Shown here piece by piece: positions 20,192-30,083 of a DNA stretch of 64,000 nt. Both the position numbers and the translations under genes were made by a program. Under the pieces are notes generated by a model that was not told where the DNA came from, did no database searches, and worked only from the letters and a program-made list of their open reading frames with translations. This DNA comes from Candidatus Bathyarchaeota archaeon. GTDB taxonomy: Archaea; Thermoproteota; Bathyarchaeia; Bathyarchaeales; Bathycorpusculaceae. Within the stretch, counting starts at the first letter, position 1, and every line of letters begins with the position of its first letter. The stretch is from the NCBI GenBank assembly GCA_963811105.1, contig CAWEPZ010000002.1:544001-608000 (forward strand), written 5' to 3'.

Positions 20192-21241
20192 ATCCAGACA
20201 ACGCTTTACGCTTCTGTTCTAGCCAAAATCGGCGCTGAAAGAGGCAAACTGCTTAGTGAAGCAAAACTGAAAACTCTAACCGAAACCAAAAAACTCCAAG
20301 AATTTACAAATCAACTAAGAGACACCACTTACCAAGAGAAATTAGCCAAAATACCTTTGCCCCTAACAAGTCGCAAACTTGAAAGAGCATTCAACGAAAA
20401 TCTCATTTCAACATATGAAAAGTTAATTAAAAGCTCACCCAAAAAAGCCAAGGAATACCTCCATTTGTATCTTTATAGATTTGAGGTTGAAAACATTAAG
20501 GCCATCATAAAAGCAACCAACGCTAACCTAACCCCCGAGCAAAAAATAAACAAAACCTATCTTTCCGTGCAAGATTACCTCAAGAATAGGGCTGTCATTG
20601 AAGAAGCTGCCAAAGCTCTGACCTTAAAACAGATCGCTAATGTCATGAAAAACACTGATTACTCGTTAGCGCTGAGTATGGGGTTGGAGAGTTATGAGGA
20701 GGATGGATCAACTGCATGCATTGATGTACTACTTGACAAGGTATTCTACGAGAAACTTTATGAAACCTATGAGAGTCTCGCCAAAAACGAAAAGCCGCAC
20801 GCACTTTTTTACTCAAGTATGAACAACGACAGCTTCACGCTGTTGACACTTCTGAGAGGAAAAGCCTTAGCATACGACCCTAACTGGCTAAGATTAGCAG
20901 TTCCGCAAAATAATTTTAACCTTGACAAGGAAACAGTTGAATCTCTAGTTTCAACAATCGATTTCGACTCAGCCCTAAAAATTGCCCAGGAAAGCTATTA
21001 TTCACAATACATCGTCAAAGCAGCAAATTCATCGGAAATAATCGCAAATAGCGAAAAAGCCTTCAAAAGAGCAGTGCTTGAGTATGCCAAAACTAGCATA
21101 GTTAATGAGACTTTTAACATTGGGGCAGTGCTTGCATTTATAACGCAGAAAGAAAATGAAGTGCATAATCTCACTATAATTAGCTTAGGTGTGGAAGCAA
21201 ATATGGAACCTGCATACATACAAAATCAACTTTTACTTTGA
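20189..21241 (+). CDS. atpC: A/V-type ATP synthase subunit C
   Basis: YA..LAKIGA..LL, EVENIK, LAFITQKENEVHNL; operon context. Confidence 0.85.
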   Translation: MIQTTLYASVLAKIGAERGKLLSEAKLKTLTETKKLQEFTNQLRDTTYQEKLAKIPLPLTSRKLERAFNENLISTYEKLIKSSPKKAKEYLHLYLYRFEVENIKAIIKATNANLTPEQKINKTYLSVQDYLKNRAVIEEAAKALTLKQIANVMKNTDYSLALSMGLESYEEDGSTACIDVLLDKVFYEKLYETYESLAKNEKPHALFYSSMNNDSFTLLTLLRGKALAYDPNWLRLAVPQNNFNLDKETVESLVSTIDFDSALKIAQESYYSQYIVKAANSSEIIANSEKAFKRAVLEYAKTSIVNETFNIGAVLAFITQKENEVHNLTIISLGVEANMEPAYIQNQLLL

Positions 21242-23250
21242 GATTGTTTTGGCTTTGCAACCATTTTTGTATAGAAGAAGTTTTGCTTAAACGGTTTGAA
21301 TGGAGTTCCTGTGCCCTGATAGAACTTGCTAAACCACTCGTAAAAGTGCAGTCTTAAAGTGTGGATAAAAACGATTAAGCCTTCGAGGGCAATTACAAAA
21401 ATGTTTCCTCCCACAACAACTAAGCCAGTAACAATTAGACTCAAAATTGAAGCCGTACCTATCAAACCAGCAACAGTGTAAGTGGCAAGAATCAACGCCC
21501 AATGAGCCATTAGCAAAGCCAGAATCCGTGTGTAAGAAATCGTGTTGCCAAGCAGGCGCGTCACTAAGTCGCCGCTTTCAAAAAGCCTCTGACCCAACGA
21601 GTTCTGTTCACTCTGAGCGCCAACCGCACCCAAAGAAAACCTCGAAAGAGCCAAAAAAGCAGGTTTAGCAAAAACTAGGAAAACAAATGGTGCAATCACA
21701 AGCAAGATTGGACCGCTGAACCATAAGGCAAAATTCAACTGGTAAACTACAATAAGGTAGACGGCTCCAACATAAAATGCCATTTTAGGCGCAGAAGTGA
21801 AGATTGCATCTGCGACGTTTTTTCTTAGTAGGAAATTCGCCATTTCTAAAGCTAAACCGCTCATGATTTGTATTATGCCAATGAATAGGCTGAAAATCAG
21901 AAACATAAAGACATTATTGGTTGGATTGAATGGATTGAACCATAGAGGGGCAAGTTCCACCCCGAAGAATTCGCCATATAATGCTCCAGCTATGATAGCG
22001 CCAACGCCGCAAGCAGCCAAAATCCAGCAGACGTTTTTAATCGCCTGATTTCTTTTTATCAATATACCTATCGTTAACCCGCCAACCAGTAAAATTAAGC
22101 CATGTCCAATGTCACCGAACATTAACCCAAAAATGATTGGGAACGTCAAGGCAATAAGAGGAGTTGGATCTAACTCATCATAATGCGGTAACCCGTAGAG
22201 TTGTGTTATTTCCTCAAAAGGCTTGACAAACCTGCTATGGCTAAACTTTGTAGGGGGATCTTCAACCTCAGTCACTTCGTTCTGCAGCACCAACGCCTTT
22301 CCTTCAAGCATCACATTGACTTTTTCGCTCAATGAATCGAATTCTTTCTTGGGAACAAACCCTTTGATGGTTGCAAGTCGTCCAGACTGCAGGATCTTTC
22401 TTTTAGCATTAAGTAAGGCGAGAATGTTTTCAGTGGTTTCTTTCAATGAAGCAACTTTGCTTCTGTTTTCATTACTTAATTTGGTTAATGAGGACAAAAT
22501 GGCTTTTTCGTTATTCATGTTCTCATTTATTCGATTGTTAACTTCTTTGAGTGCTTCAGATGTATCGTGCGGTAAATCATTGGGAACTTGAAAGATTTCA
22601 GCGTGATGAATCTTTAAAATTTTCCCAATTTCTTCTTGACGTTTGCTGGGCATCACTATGCAGGCGAAATCTGTTTTTTTAGTTAGGTAGCAGCGATGCA
22701 GAATAATCGGGAACCCAGCCAAAGCTGTGATGAGTCCCGCGATGTTCTTGTGAGGTACACTTGTAATTTCAATACGGATTAGTTGCAGCTCATCCATTGC
22801 AGCAAGGTCTGCACCCATCTTATTCATTATCGTCAAAACATCTTTGATGTGATTGTGCTCAGAGGTTATTTCTTGTAAATTTGATAGAGCAGAATTGAGG
22901 GTTTCAACTTCTTTTTTTAGAACTAAGATTTGTTGGGTTGTGAATTGAAGAAGCTCTTGCCAGTTTTCTACGGTTACTTTAGTTTTAGTTGGTTGTGTAC
23001 TTTTGAAGATGTCAAATGGGCTTGATTTTTCCTGGACAAGCCACCGACTCAATTCGTTGACGTTTAACAGTGATTCTTCAGCTCCCTGAATTGATTGGTT
23101 GTATTCGGTAACGCTTGCCTCTTGGGTTGCTTGTTCAATGTGAAATTCCCCAAAACTGCTTAGCGCTTCCAGTACAGATTCAACGTGTTTTGCGCTGCAG
23201 ATAACGGAGGCAAAAGTCATTCTTTCTGGTTGGAACATATTCCCTAACAA
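21226..23250 (-). CDS. atpI: A/V-type ATP synthase subunit I (a), encoded on the opposite strand
   Basis: YGLPHYDELDPT, FGLMFGDIGHG, SYTRILAL (essential Arg), HTLRLHFYEWFSKFY. Confidence 0.93.
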   Translation of the reverse strand: MLGNMFQPERMTFASVICSAKHVESVLEALSSFGEFHIEQATQEASVTEYNQSIQGAEESLLNVNELSRWLVQEKSSPFDIFKSTQPTKTKVTVENWQELLQFTTQQILVLKKEVETLNSALSNLQEITSEHNHIKDVLTIMNKMGADLAAMDELQLIRIEITSVPHKNIAGLITALAGFPIILHRCYLTKKTDFACIVMPSKRQEEIGKILKIHHAEIFQVPNDLPHDTSEALKEVNNRINENMNNEKAILSSLTKLSNENRSKVASLKETTENILALLNAKRKILQSGRLATIKGFVPKKEFDSLSEKVNVMLEGKALVLQNEVTEVEDPPTKFSHSRFVKPFEEITQLYGLPHYDELDPTPLIALTFPIIFGLMFGDIGHGLILLVGGLTIGILIKRNQAIKNVCWILAACGVGAIIAGALYGEFFGVELAPLWFNPFNPTNNVFMFLIFSLFIGIIQIMSGLALEMANFLLRKNVADAIFTSAPKMAFYVGAVYLIVVYQLNFALWFSGPILLVIAPFVFLVFAKPAFLALSRFSLGAVGAQSEQNSLGQRLFESGDLVTRLLGNTISYTRILALLMAHWALILATYTVAGLIGTASILSLIVTGLVVVGGNIFVIALEGLIVFIHTLRLHFYEWFSKFYQGTGTPFKPFKQNFFYTKMVAKPKQSQSKS

Positions 23251-23295
23251 AATGTTGATTAACCTAGGAATTAAAGTTTCATTAGGCGAAACAGA

Positions 23296-23604
23296 ATGCT
23301 AGGTTTTGTCATTGGAGACAGCGACATGATTACTGGGTTTAGGCTTGTAGGTGTTGAAGGGGTCGAAGTAAGTTCACCTGAAGAAGCGTTACAGGCTCTA
23401 AACAAAGCGCTCGCTCAAACTGACCTGGCGCTCATTATTATAAGCGAAGACTTTTCTACCCAGCCGAAACTTCATGAAACAATCGATAAAACACGCCGCG
23501 AAAAAAGGCACCCATTAATCGTGGAGTTACCTGGAAGCAATGGAAAACCAACTCAAATCCGTATGTCTGACCTCATGAGCAAAACCTTAGGCATTAGAAT
23601 GTGA
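23296..23604 (+). CDS. atpF: A/V-type ATP synthase subunit F
   Basis: VIGDSDMITGFRLVGV; PLIVELP. Confidence 0.92.
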   Translation: MLGFVIGDSDMITGFRLVGVEGVEVSSPEEALQALNKALAQTDLALIIISEDFSTQPKLHETIDKTRREKRHPLIVELPGSNGKPTQIRMSDLMSKTLGIRM

Positions 23605-23617
23605 AGGCAACTCAAAC

Positions 23618-24238
23618 ATGAGTATCAAAGATGGTCTTTCAGCAATTGCAAAGGAAGTTATAGGAGACGTACAAAAAGAAGCAGAAGCCATAATTTTAGC
23701 AGCGGAAAAAGAAGCAAAGGAAACCTTAAGGGTGGCTAAAGAGCAAGCAGACAAAAACTCTCAAGCTATAATTAGCGAAGCAAAAGCAAAAGCGGAAAAT
23801 GAAAAACGAAAAATTGCTTCTATAACTCAGGTGGAGCTGAGAAATCGGTTGCTTCAAACAAAAGAAGGCTTAGTTGACGCGGCTTTCGACAACGCCCTTA
23901 TTAGATTTAAGGAATATGTGGAAACAAAAGATTATCGTGTTTATCTTCTTAAGCTTATTGAAGAAGCGACAAAAAGAATTGATCAAAAAAACTTGGTTGT
24001 GCAACTTAACGCCAAAGACAAAACTTGGTTAACCCAAGAGGTTCTTAACCAATTATCCAAAAAGTCAGGTTACAAATTAAAGTTTTCAAAAGAAACCGAA
24101 GACTTCATTGGTGGCTGCAAAATCCAAACCGTTGACGGGAAAATAACTTATGATAGCACTATTGATGGTCGGCTGCACGAACTTAAGCCTGCTCTACGTA
24201 TTGTAGTAGCCAAAATTCTGTTCGGCAAGGAGGCTTAA
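23618..24238 (+). CDS. atpE: A/V-type ATP synthase subunit E
   Basis: N-terminal coiled coil; IGGC...DGKITYDST..RL. Confidence 0.9.
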   Translation: MSIKDGLSAIAKEVIGDVQKEAEAIILAAEKEAKETLRVAKEQADKNSQAIISEAKAKAENEKRKIASITQVELRNRLLQTKEGLVDAAFDNALIRFKEYVETKDYRVYLLKLIEEATKRIDQKNLVVQLNAKDKTWLTQEVLNQLSKKSGYKLKFSKETEDFIGGCKIQTVDGKITYDSTIDGRLHELKPALRIVVAKILFGKEA

Positions 24239-24250
24239 AGGAGGTGCCGA

Positions 24251-26015
24251 CTGAAGGGTAGCGTAATCCGAGTTGCAGGACCAGTTGTTGAAGCTAAAGG
24301 CATGGCAAAAGCCGTTATGCATGAATTAGTTGAAGTTGGCGAAGAGGGTTTAATTGGTGAAATTATTCGTCTAGAAGGCGACCATGCCACAATTCAAGTT
24401 TACCAAAACACATCCGGTCTCAAGCTTAATGAACCCGTCTTAGGCACAGGTGGCCCGCTTTCAGTTATCTTGGCTCCAGGCTTGGTAGGAAACGTTTTTG
24501 ATGGCATCCAAAGACCCCTCGAAGTGTTACGGACACTTACAGGAGCATTCATCAAACAAGTTCGGGGAGTGCCCTCTCTTTCTATTGACAAAAAATGGTC
24601 CTTCCAACCGAAAGCAAAGGTTGGCAGCCTCATGTCAAGCGGGGACGTGATCGGGACCGTTGCGGAAACCGATTTGGTTGAACATCGTATCCTTGTTCCA
24701 CCGAACTTGCAAGGCAAACTTGTGCAAATTGCGTCTGAAAGCAAATACATAATCACTGAGATAATCGCCACAATTGAAGCGAACGAAACACAAACCGAGT
24801 TGTCCATGCTTCAAAAATGGCCTGTGCGTAAACCTCGACCGCATAGTCGAAGACTTCCTGCCTCGGTGCCTCTAATCACGGGTCAACGTGTTATTGACAC
24901 TTTTTTCCCAATTGCCAAAGGTGGAAGCGCTTCAATTCCAGGCGGTTTCGGCACGGGGAAAACTATTACCCAGCAGCAACTTGCAAAATGGTCAGATGCC
25001 AACTTGGTAATTTACGTTGGTTGTGGAGAGCGCGGCAATGAGATGGTGGATGTGTTGTCCAGTTTTCCTAAGTTAATTGATCCGACAACTGGACATCCGC
25101 TTATGGAACGAACCATACTTATCGCTAACACAAGCAATATGCCTGTTTCCGCTCGTGAAGCCAGCATATACACAGGCATGACCATCGCTGAGTATTACCG
25201 AGACATGGGTTACAACGTGGCTTTAATGGCAGATTCAACAAGCCGCTGGGCAGAGGCATTAAGAGAAGTTTCAGGAAGGCTTGAAGAGATGCCTGCCGAA
25301 GAAGGATTCCCAAGTTATTTGCCCTCGCGCTTAGCAGAGTTTTATGAACGCACAGGCGTCGTAGAAACCTTAGGCGCGGAAAAACGGGTAGGCTCAATTT
25401 GCGCGATTGGAGCGGTTTCTCCACCTGGCGGAGACTTCTCTGAACCTGTCACACAGCATACCAAACGTTTTACACGGGTCTTCTGGGCTACTTGATCCTG
25501 AACTAGCAGACTCAAGACATTATCCTGCGATTAATTGGATTCAAAGCTACAGCGGTTACATCGGCGAACTTGCAGGTTGGTGGCATAACCAAGTCGATAA
25601 AGACTGGAATAGCTATAGGGAAGAGGCAATGCGCATCTTGCAGGCTGAGGATGACTTGAAAAATATCGTTAAACTGGTTGGTCCTGAAGCTTTGCCCGAT
25701 AGGCAACGCTTAATTTTAGAGATAGCCCGAATAATCCGAACAGCTTTCCTTCAACAGAACGCATTAGATGCAGTGGATACATATTGCTCTCCCCAGAAAC
25801 AATTCAAAATGCTCAAAATAATAATTGATTTCCAAAAGTCAGCTGAGCGGGTTGTAAGCAAGGGCGCACCAATCTTTAAAATTATTCAGTTGCCGGAGAC
25901 AGAAGAAATTATGCGCATGAAGACTTCAGTGTCAAATGACAAGATCAATCTTTTAGATGATCTGGAAAAGAGGATGCAGCAGCGCTTTGAGGAATTGGAG
26001 GCAAGTTTGAGGTAG
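24251..26015 (+). CDS. atpA: A/V-type ATP synthase subunit A (probable CTG start; +1 frameshift at ~25490)
   Basis: RVAGPVV N-terminus from 24251; P-loop [25 protein letters not shown]; RVFWA|[16 protein letters not shown] continues in the shifted frame. Confidence 0.93.
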
Positions 26016-26020
26016 CGAAT

Positions 26021-27418
26021 ATGGCTGGTACAGGATTAGAGTATAAAGGAGTAGCTTCAATTTCTGGCCCAATAATTATTGTGGAAAACGTTCGTGAAGT
26101 AGGCTATGACGAGCTTGTAAGCGTGAAAACGCAAACTGGAGAAACGCGTCTGGGAAAAGTCATTGAAGTAACTCAGAAAGCCGTAACCGTTCAAATCTTC
26201 GAAGGCACAACTGGCTTGTCGCCTTCTGAGACGCGTACTCGATTTCTAGGAAGATCCTTAGAAGTGCCTGTTTCCACAGAGATGCTTGGTCGAGTAATGA
26301 ACAGTTTTGGTGAACCTATTGATGGGCATCCGAGGTTTTTCACGGAAGAAAAACGTGATGTAAATGGTTGGCCTCTAAATCCTACTGCCCGAGAATACCC
26401 CAGAGACTTCATCCAAACAGGCATATCTGCAATTGACGGTTTAACCAGCCTTGTGAGGGGGCAAAAGCTTCCAATCTTCAGCGGTCCAGGCTTATCCCAT
26501 AATGATCTTGCTGCCCAAATTGTTAGACAGGCGCAGATTCGGGGGGGCGGAGAAGAATTCAACATAATATTTATTGCAATGGGACTTGAGCATGACGACG
26601 CCGCTTTCTTTCAAAAAAGTTTCGAAGAAACAGGCGCAATAAAAAACGTAGCTATGTTCCTTAATTTGGCAGAGGACCCGCCTGTGGAGAGAATTATCAC
26701 ACCTCGGGCTGGTTTGACTTTAGCGGAATATTTGGCGTTTGACCAGGAATCACATGTGCTTGTGATTTTGACCGATATGACAAATTACTGTGAAGCACTA
26801 CGCGAGGTTAGTGCATCAATGGAGGAAGTTCCAAGCAGAAAGGGGTATCCAGGATACATGTACAGTGACCTTGCAAGCCTATACGAGCGAGCAGGCAGAA
26901 TCGCAGGCAAAAAGGGCTCAATCACCCAAATGCCAATTTTAACCATGCCAAACGACGATATCACCCATCCTATTCCTGACTTAACAGGCTACATTACAGA
27001 AGGACAAATCGTTTTGTCAAGGGGTTTGGAAAAGCAGAGCATTTATCCCCCAATCACAATTTCCACAAGCCTTTCCAGACTGATGAAAGATGGCATAGGA
27101 AAAGATAGAACAAGAGAAGACCACGCCGATGTTGCAAGTCAACTATATTCAGCGTACGCCCAATACATCACAGTAAAGTCTTTGGCAACAATTATCGGCG
27201 AAGAAGGCCTGAGCAGCAGAGACAAGGATTACTTGCGTTTTGGCGAGCAATTTGAGCATAAACTAATTAATCAAGGCAAAAACGAGAACCGCTCCATTGA
27301 GCAAACGCTTTCAATAGCTTGGGACATAATGTCGGTTTTGCCAGACGAAGAATTAACCCGTATACACCCCGAAATCATCAAAAAATATTTCCCCAACATG
27401 GTTAAAGAGGTTACATGA
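26021..27418 (+). CDS. atpB: A/V-type ATP synthase subunit B
   Basis: [38 protein letters not shown]. Confidence 0.96.
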   Translation: MAGTGLEYKGVASISGPIIIVENVREVGYDELVSVKTQTGETRLGKVIEVTQKAVTVQIFEGTTGLSPSETRTRFLGRSLEVPVSTEMLGRVMNSFGEPIDGHPRFFTEEKRDVNGWPLNPTAREYPRDFIQTGISAIDGLTSLVRGQKLPIFSGPGLSHNDLAAQIVRQAQIRGGGEEFNIIFIAMGLEHDDAAFFQKSFEETGAIKNVAMFLNLAEDPPVERIITPRAGLTLAEYLAFDQESHVLVILTDMTNYCEALREVSASMEEVPSRKGYPGYMYSDLASLYERAGRIAGKKGSITQMPILTMPNDDITHPIPDLTGYITEGQIVLSRGLEKQSIYPPITISTSLSRLMKDGIGKDRTREDHADVASQLYSAYAQYITVKSLATIIGEEGLSSRDKDYLRFGEQFEHKLINQGKNENRSIEQTLSIAWDIMSVLPDEELTRIHPEIIKKYFPNMVKEVT

Positions 27419-27424
27419 CAAAAA

Positions 27425-28060
27425 TTGTCTTTTGAAAACGTCAGTCCAACAAGAATTAATCTTATACAAACCAAAAAAACCCTTAGCCTAGCGGAGTCTG
27501 GACGCGATGTGCTTGAGCGTAAACGGGACATTTTGCTTCGTGAGCTACGAAATAGCATTTATGATGCAGAAAGAATTCGCGAGGATTTGTTGGAAGTTTT
27601 AAAGAAGGCCTATCAGAGTCTACAGGAGGCAAATATGGCTAAGGGGCCAGATACAATTGCCAACGTGGCCTTGGGGTCAAGTTTTGAATCTAATTTTCTA
27701 TTGGATTTCAAAAGCATCATGGGCGTCACCGTTCCAATTGTTGAATATCAAGGCGAACCAGAAGTGAAGCCAGATTATGGTTTTGCCAACACCAGTTCGG
27801 AATTAGATAGGGCGTTTAAGCAATTCTATAGCACGCTTGAGCTAATCGCTGATTTAGCTCGAGCCGAGGGAACAACGTTTCAAATTGCTAATGACGTGCG
27901 GAGAACCCAACGTCGAGTCAACGCCTTGAATCATGTTCTTATTCCCATGTACCGAAGCATTGCTAAACGGATTGAACTTGTTTTGGAAGAAAGGGATCGT
28001 GAAGAATTTGTAAGGACGAAATGGATTAAGCACATCGTTGAGGTGCGTGGCAGAGGATGA
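27425..28060 (+). CDS. atpD: A/V-type ATP synthase subunit D
   Basis: PTRINL, LERKRD, TQRRVNAL, LEERDRE; TTG start. Confidence 0.93.
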   Translation: MSFENVSPTRINLIQTKKTLSLAESGRDVLERKRDILLRELRNSIYDAERIREDLLEVLKKAYQSLQEANMAKGPDTIANVALGSSFESNFLLDFKSIMGVTVPIVEYQGEPEVKPDYGFANTSSELDRAFKQFYSTLELIADLARAEGTTFQIANDVRRTQRRVNALNHVLIPMYRSIAKRIELVLEERDREEFVRTKWIKHIVEVRGRG

Positions 28061-28503
28061 GTTGTTCGACTTTTAAGAGTATCCAGAAAATTTTGATCCC
28101 GACCGATGGTTCTGATTACAGTATTCGGGCGGCAGAATACGGTATATGTATTGCCAAGATGCTTGATGCTCAAATCACGGTTGTCTACGTGATAGACGAT
28201 GTTGTTCTTAACCAAATTTTCAAAGTGACCGAACTTGAAGAAGCTGAACTGGAACTAAAGAATGATGGTCAACGATACATCAATTATGTGCTTGGCTTAG
28301 CTCAGAAAGAAAATGTCAAGGCTGCTTCCTTGATTGCGAAGGGAAGGCCATTCGAGCAGATTGTTCATTTGGCTAAAGGATTAAATGTGGATTTAATTGT
28401 GATGGGAACATATGGGCGAAGGGGTGCCGAGCGTATTCTCATCGGGAGCGTTGCTGAACGAGTGATTGAATATTCACCATGTCCTGTTCTAGTTGTTAAA
28501 TAA
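28057..28503 (+). CDS. Universal stress protein (UspA family)
   Basis: KILIPTDGS, DLIVMGTYGR, IGSVAERV..SPCPVLVV; ATGA overlap with atpD. Confidence 0.92.
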   Translation: MSCSTFKSIQKILIPTDGSDYSIRAAEYGICIAKMLDAQITVVYVIDDVVLNQIFKVTELEEAELELKNDGQRYINYVLGLAQKENVKAASLIAKGRPFEQIVHLAKGLNVDLIVMGTYGRRGAERILIGSVAERVIEYSPCPVLVVK

Positions 28504-28522
28504 CCGTTGTGGAGAAGAAATA

Positions 28523-28714
28523 ATGGCGAAAGAAGGCAAGATAGAAAAAGACTACGCTGCTCTTAACGTAGCAATTGAAAGTTTGGCTCAAAAAGAGTTA
28601 AAGAATATTCAACAAGAAACTAACTTGTTAAAAGATGAGGTGGAAAAAACTGGTGAAGCCATCGAAAATTCCATAAACAAAACTCACATGAAGGCAAGCA
28701 AGAAAGAAAGTTAA
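28523..28714 (+). CDS. Small coiled-coil hypothetical protein in the ATPase cluster
   Basis: ATG at 28523 after GGAG; 63 aa, charged. Confidence 0.55.
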   Translation: MAKEGKIEKDYAALNVAIESLAQKELKNIQQETNLLKDEVEKTGEAIENSINKTHMKASKKES

Positions 28715-28754
28715 TAGATAAGCATGTGTTCTTTTTATTGGAGTTTGGCTCTCT

Positions 28755-29090
28755 GTGAAAGGTAAAATTTTAGTTTTGTTCCTATTGCCCCTCGTGGTCC
28801 TTGTGCCTCTTGTTGGAATGGCAGCAGCATTCTCAGTTTCTACAGTTCAAGCAACTACAACAACCGCTGGACCATATGATAGACTTGGCATAGCAATTAG
28901 TGCTGGACTAGCCATTGGGCTTTCTTCATTAGGCGCTGGACTTGCTATTTCCGCTGCCGGCAGCGCAGCAATTAGCGCATTGGCTGAGAAGCCTGAAACG
29001 TTTTTTAGAAGTTTCTTGATTGTTGCATTGGCTGAGGCATTGGCGATTTACGGTTTAATTATGGGTATTCTGCTTTGGCTCAAACTATGA
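28755..29090 (+). CDS. atpK: A/V-type ATP synthase proteolipid subunit K (c)
   Basis: Gly/Ala-rich hairpin, AEKPE, LAEALAIYG with the ion-binding Glu; N-terminal signal-like extension. Confidence 0.92.
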   Translation: MKGKILVLFLLPLVVLVPLVGMAAAFSVSTVQATTTTAGPYDRLGIAISAGLAIGLSSLGAGLAISAAGSAAISALAEKPETFFRSFLIVALAEALAIYGLIMGILLWLKL

Positions 29091-29225
29091 GCAATTTCCA
29101 ATGTTAGTGTTGATTGAATTAGCACCGCAGAAACTGAGTTAGTGATTGTTGTAGTTGCTAGGCAACCACACAAGCTTTAATTGACTTCTACAGAGTAAGA
29201 CTACTTGAGGTTCTTCGTTTTGCCA

Positions 29226-30083
29226 ATGAGCAGGCGTGAGTTTATAAAAATTGGCGCAGCAGCCGCTATAGGGGCTGGCGTAGCCAGTGCAATTGAAATA
29301 CCCATTTTAGAGAATGTTATTCAATCAGAAAATAGTAAGAGTAACCAGCTACAAAATCAGGATGTCCAGGTATTCTTAACTCTAAATAAAAATGAGCGTG
29401 TAATAGTTGAAGCTTTAGCTGAAACCATAATTCCAACCGATAGCAGTGGTCCAGGCGCAAAAGAAGCTGGAGTGATTTATTTTATTGACCATATGTTAGC
29501 TGGAAATTACGGCAAAGGAGGCAACATGTACCTTCAAGGGCCATTTGTCCATCCTCAATCTAGCTCATTAACAGTTACAGGGGCAGTTTACCCCACAACA
29601 ACAAAAAGCACCATCACCTATTCAGGCGGAACCATAACACCACGCCAACAGGCTGGTACAGCTTATCAATACGCTTTTAATCCACGAGAATTCTGGCGAC
29701 GTGGATTAGTTTTTCTTGATAATTATTGTACCGCCTCGAAAGGCAAAAATTTTGAATCCCTATCTTCGACAGATCGGATAACAGTGCTTCAAGAATTATT
29801 TGACAATAGCTCAAGCAACACTACTTTGCAGTCAGCTTTCCAAGGTCCAAACGCTGCAGAATTCTTCAACGAAGTCTATGACATGGTAGTTGCCGGGTTT
29901 TGGACAGATCCAATGTATGGCGGAAACCAAGGAATGGTAGGCTGGCAGCTAATAGCTTTTAATGCAAACTACTGGGGCGACGATATAGGTTTAGGCGCAA
30001 AAAAGTTAATGACGGCAGGCACCCCTACTCGGTTAAAACCCAAGAGTCTTGGTCAACTTCAAAAAGAAGGCGGAGGAGTATAA
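29226..30083 (+). CDS. Gluconate 2-dehydrogenase subunit 3-like protein with Tat signal
   Basis: SRREFIK twin-arginine motif; IIP..GPGAKEAGV..FID; GFWTDPMYGGNQ..VGW. Confidence 0.88.
   Translation: MSRREFIKIGAAAAIGAGVASAIEIPILENVIQSENSKSNQLQNQDVQVFLTLNKNERVIVEALAETIIPTDSSGPGAKEAGVIYFIDHMLAGNYGKGGNMYLQGPFVHPQSSSLTVTGAVYPTTTKSTITYSGGTITPRQQAGTAYQYAFNPREFWRRGLVFLDNYCTASKGKNFESLSSTDRITVLQELFDNSSSNTTLQSAFQGPNAAEFFNEVYDMVVAGFWTDPMYGGNQGMVGWQLIAFNANYWGDDIGLGAKKLMTAGTPTRLKPKSLGQLQKEGGGV

Noticed and set aside
21222-23260. AATCAAC/GTTGATT inverted repeats as invertase sites for a switchable atpI
   Set aside because: Only 7 bp, AT-rich, partly constrained by coding, and no intact recombinase nearby
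25475-25500. Programmed frameshift or intein in atpA
   Set aside because: No slippery heptamer or stimulatory structure; the joined protein has normal length with no intein insertion
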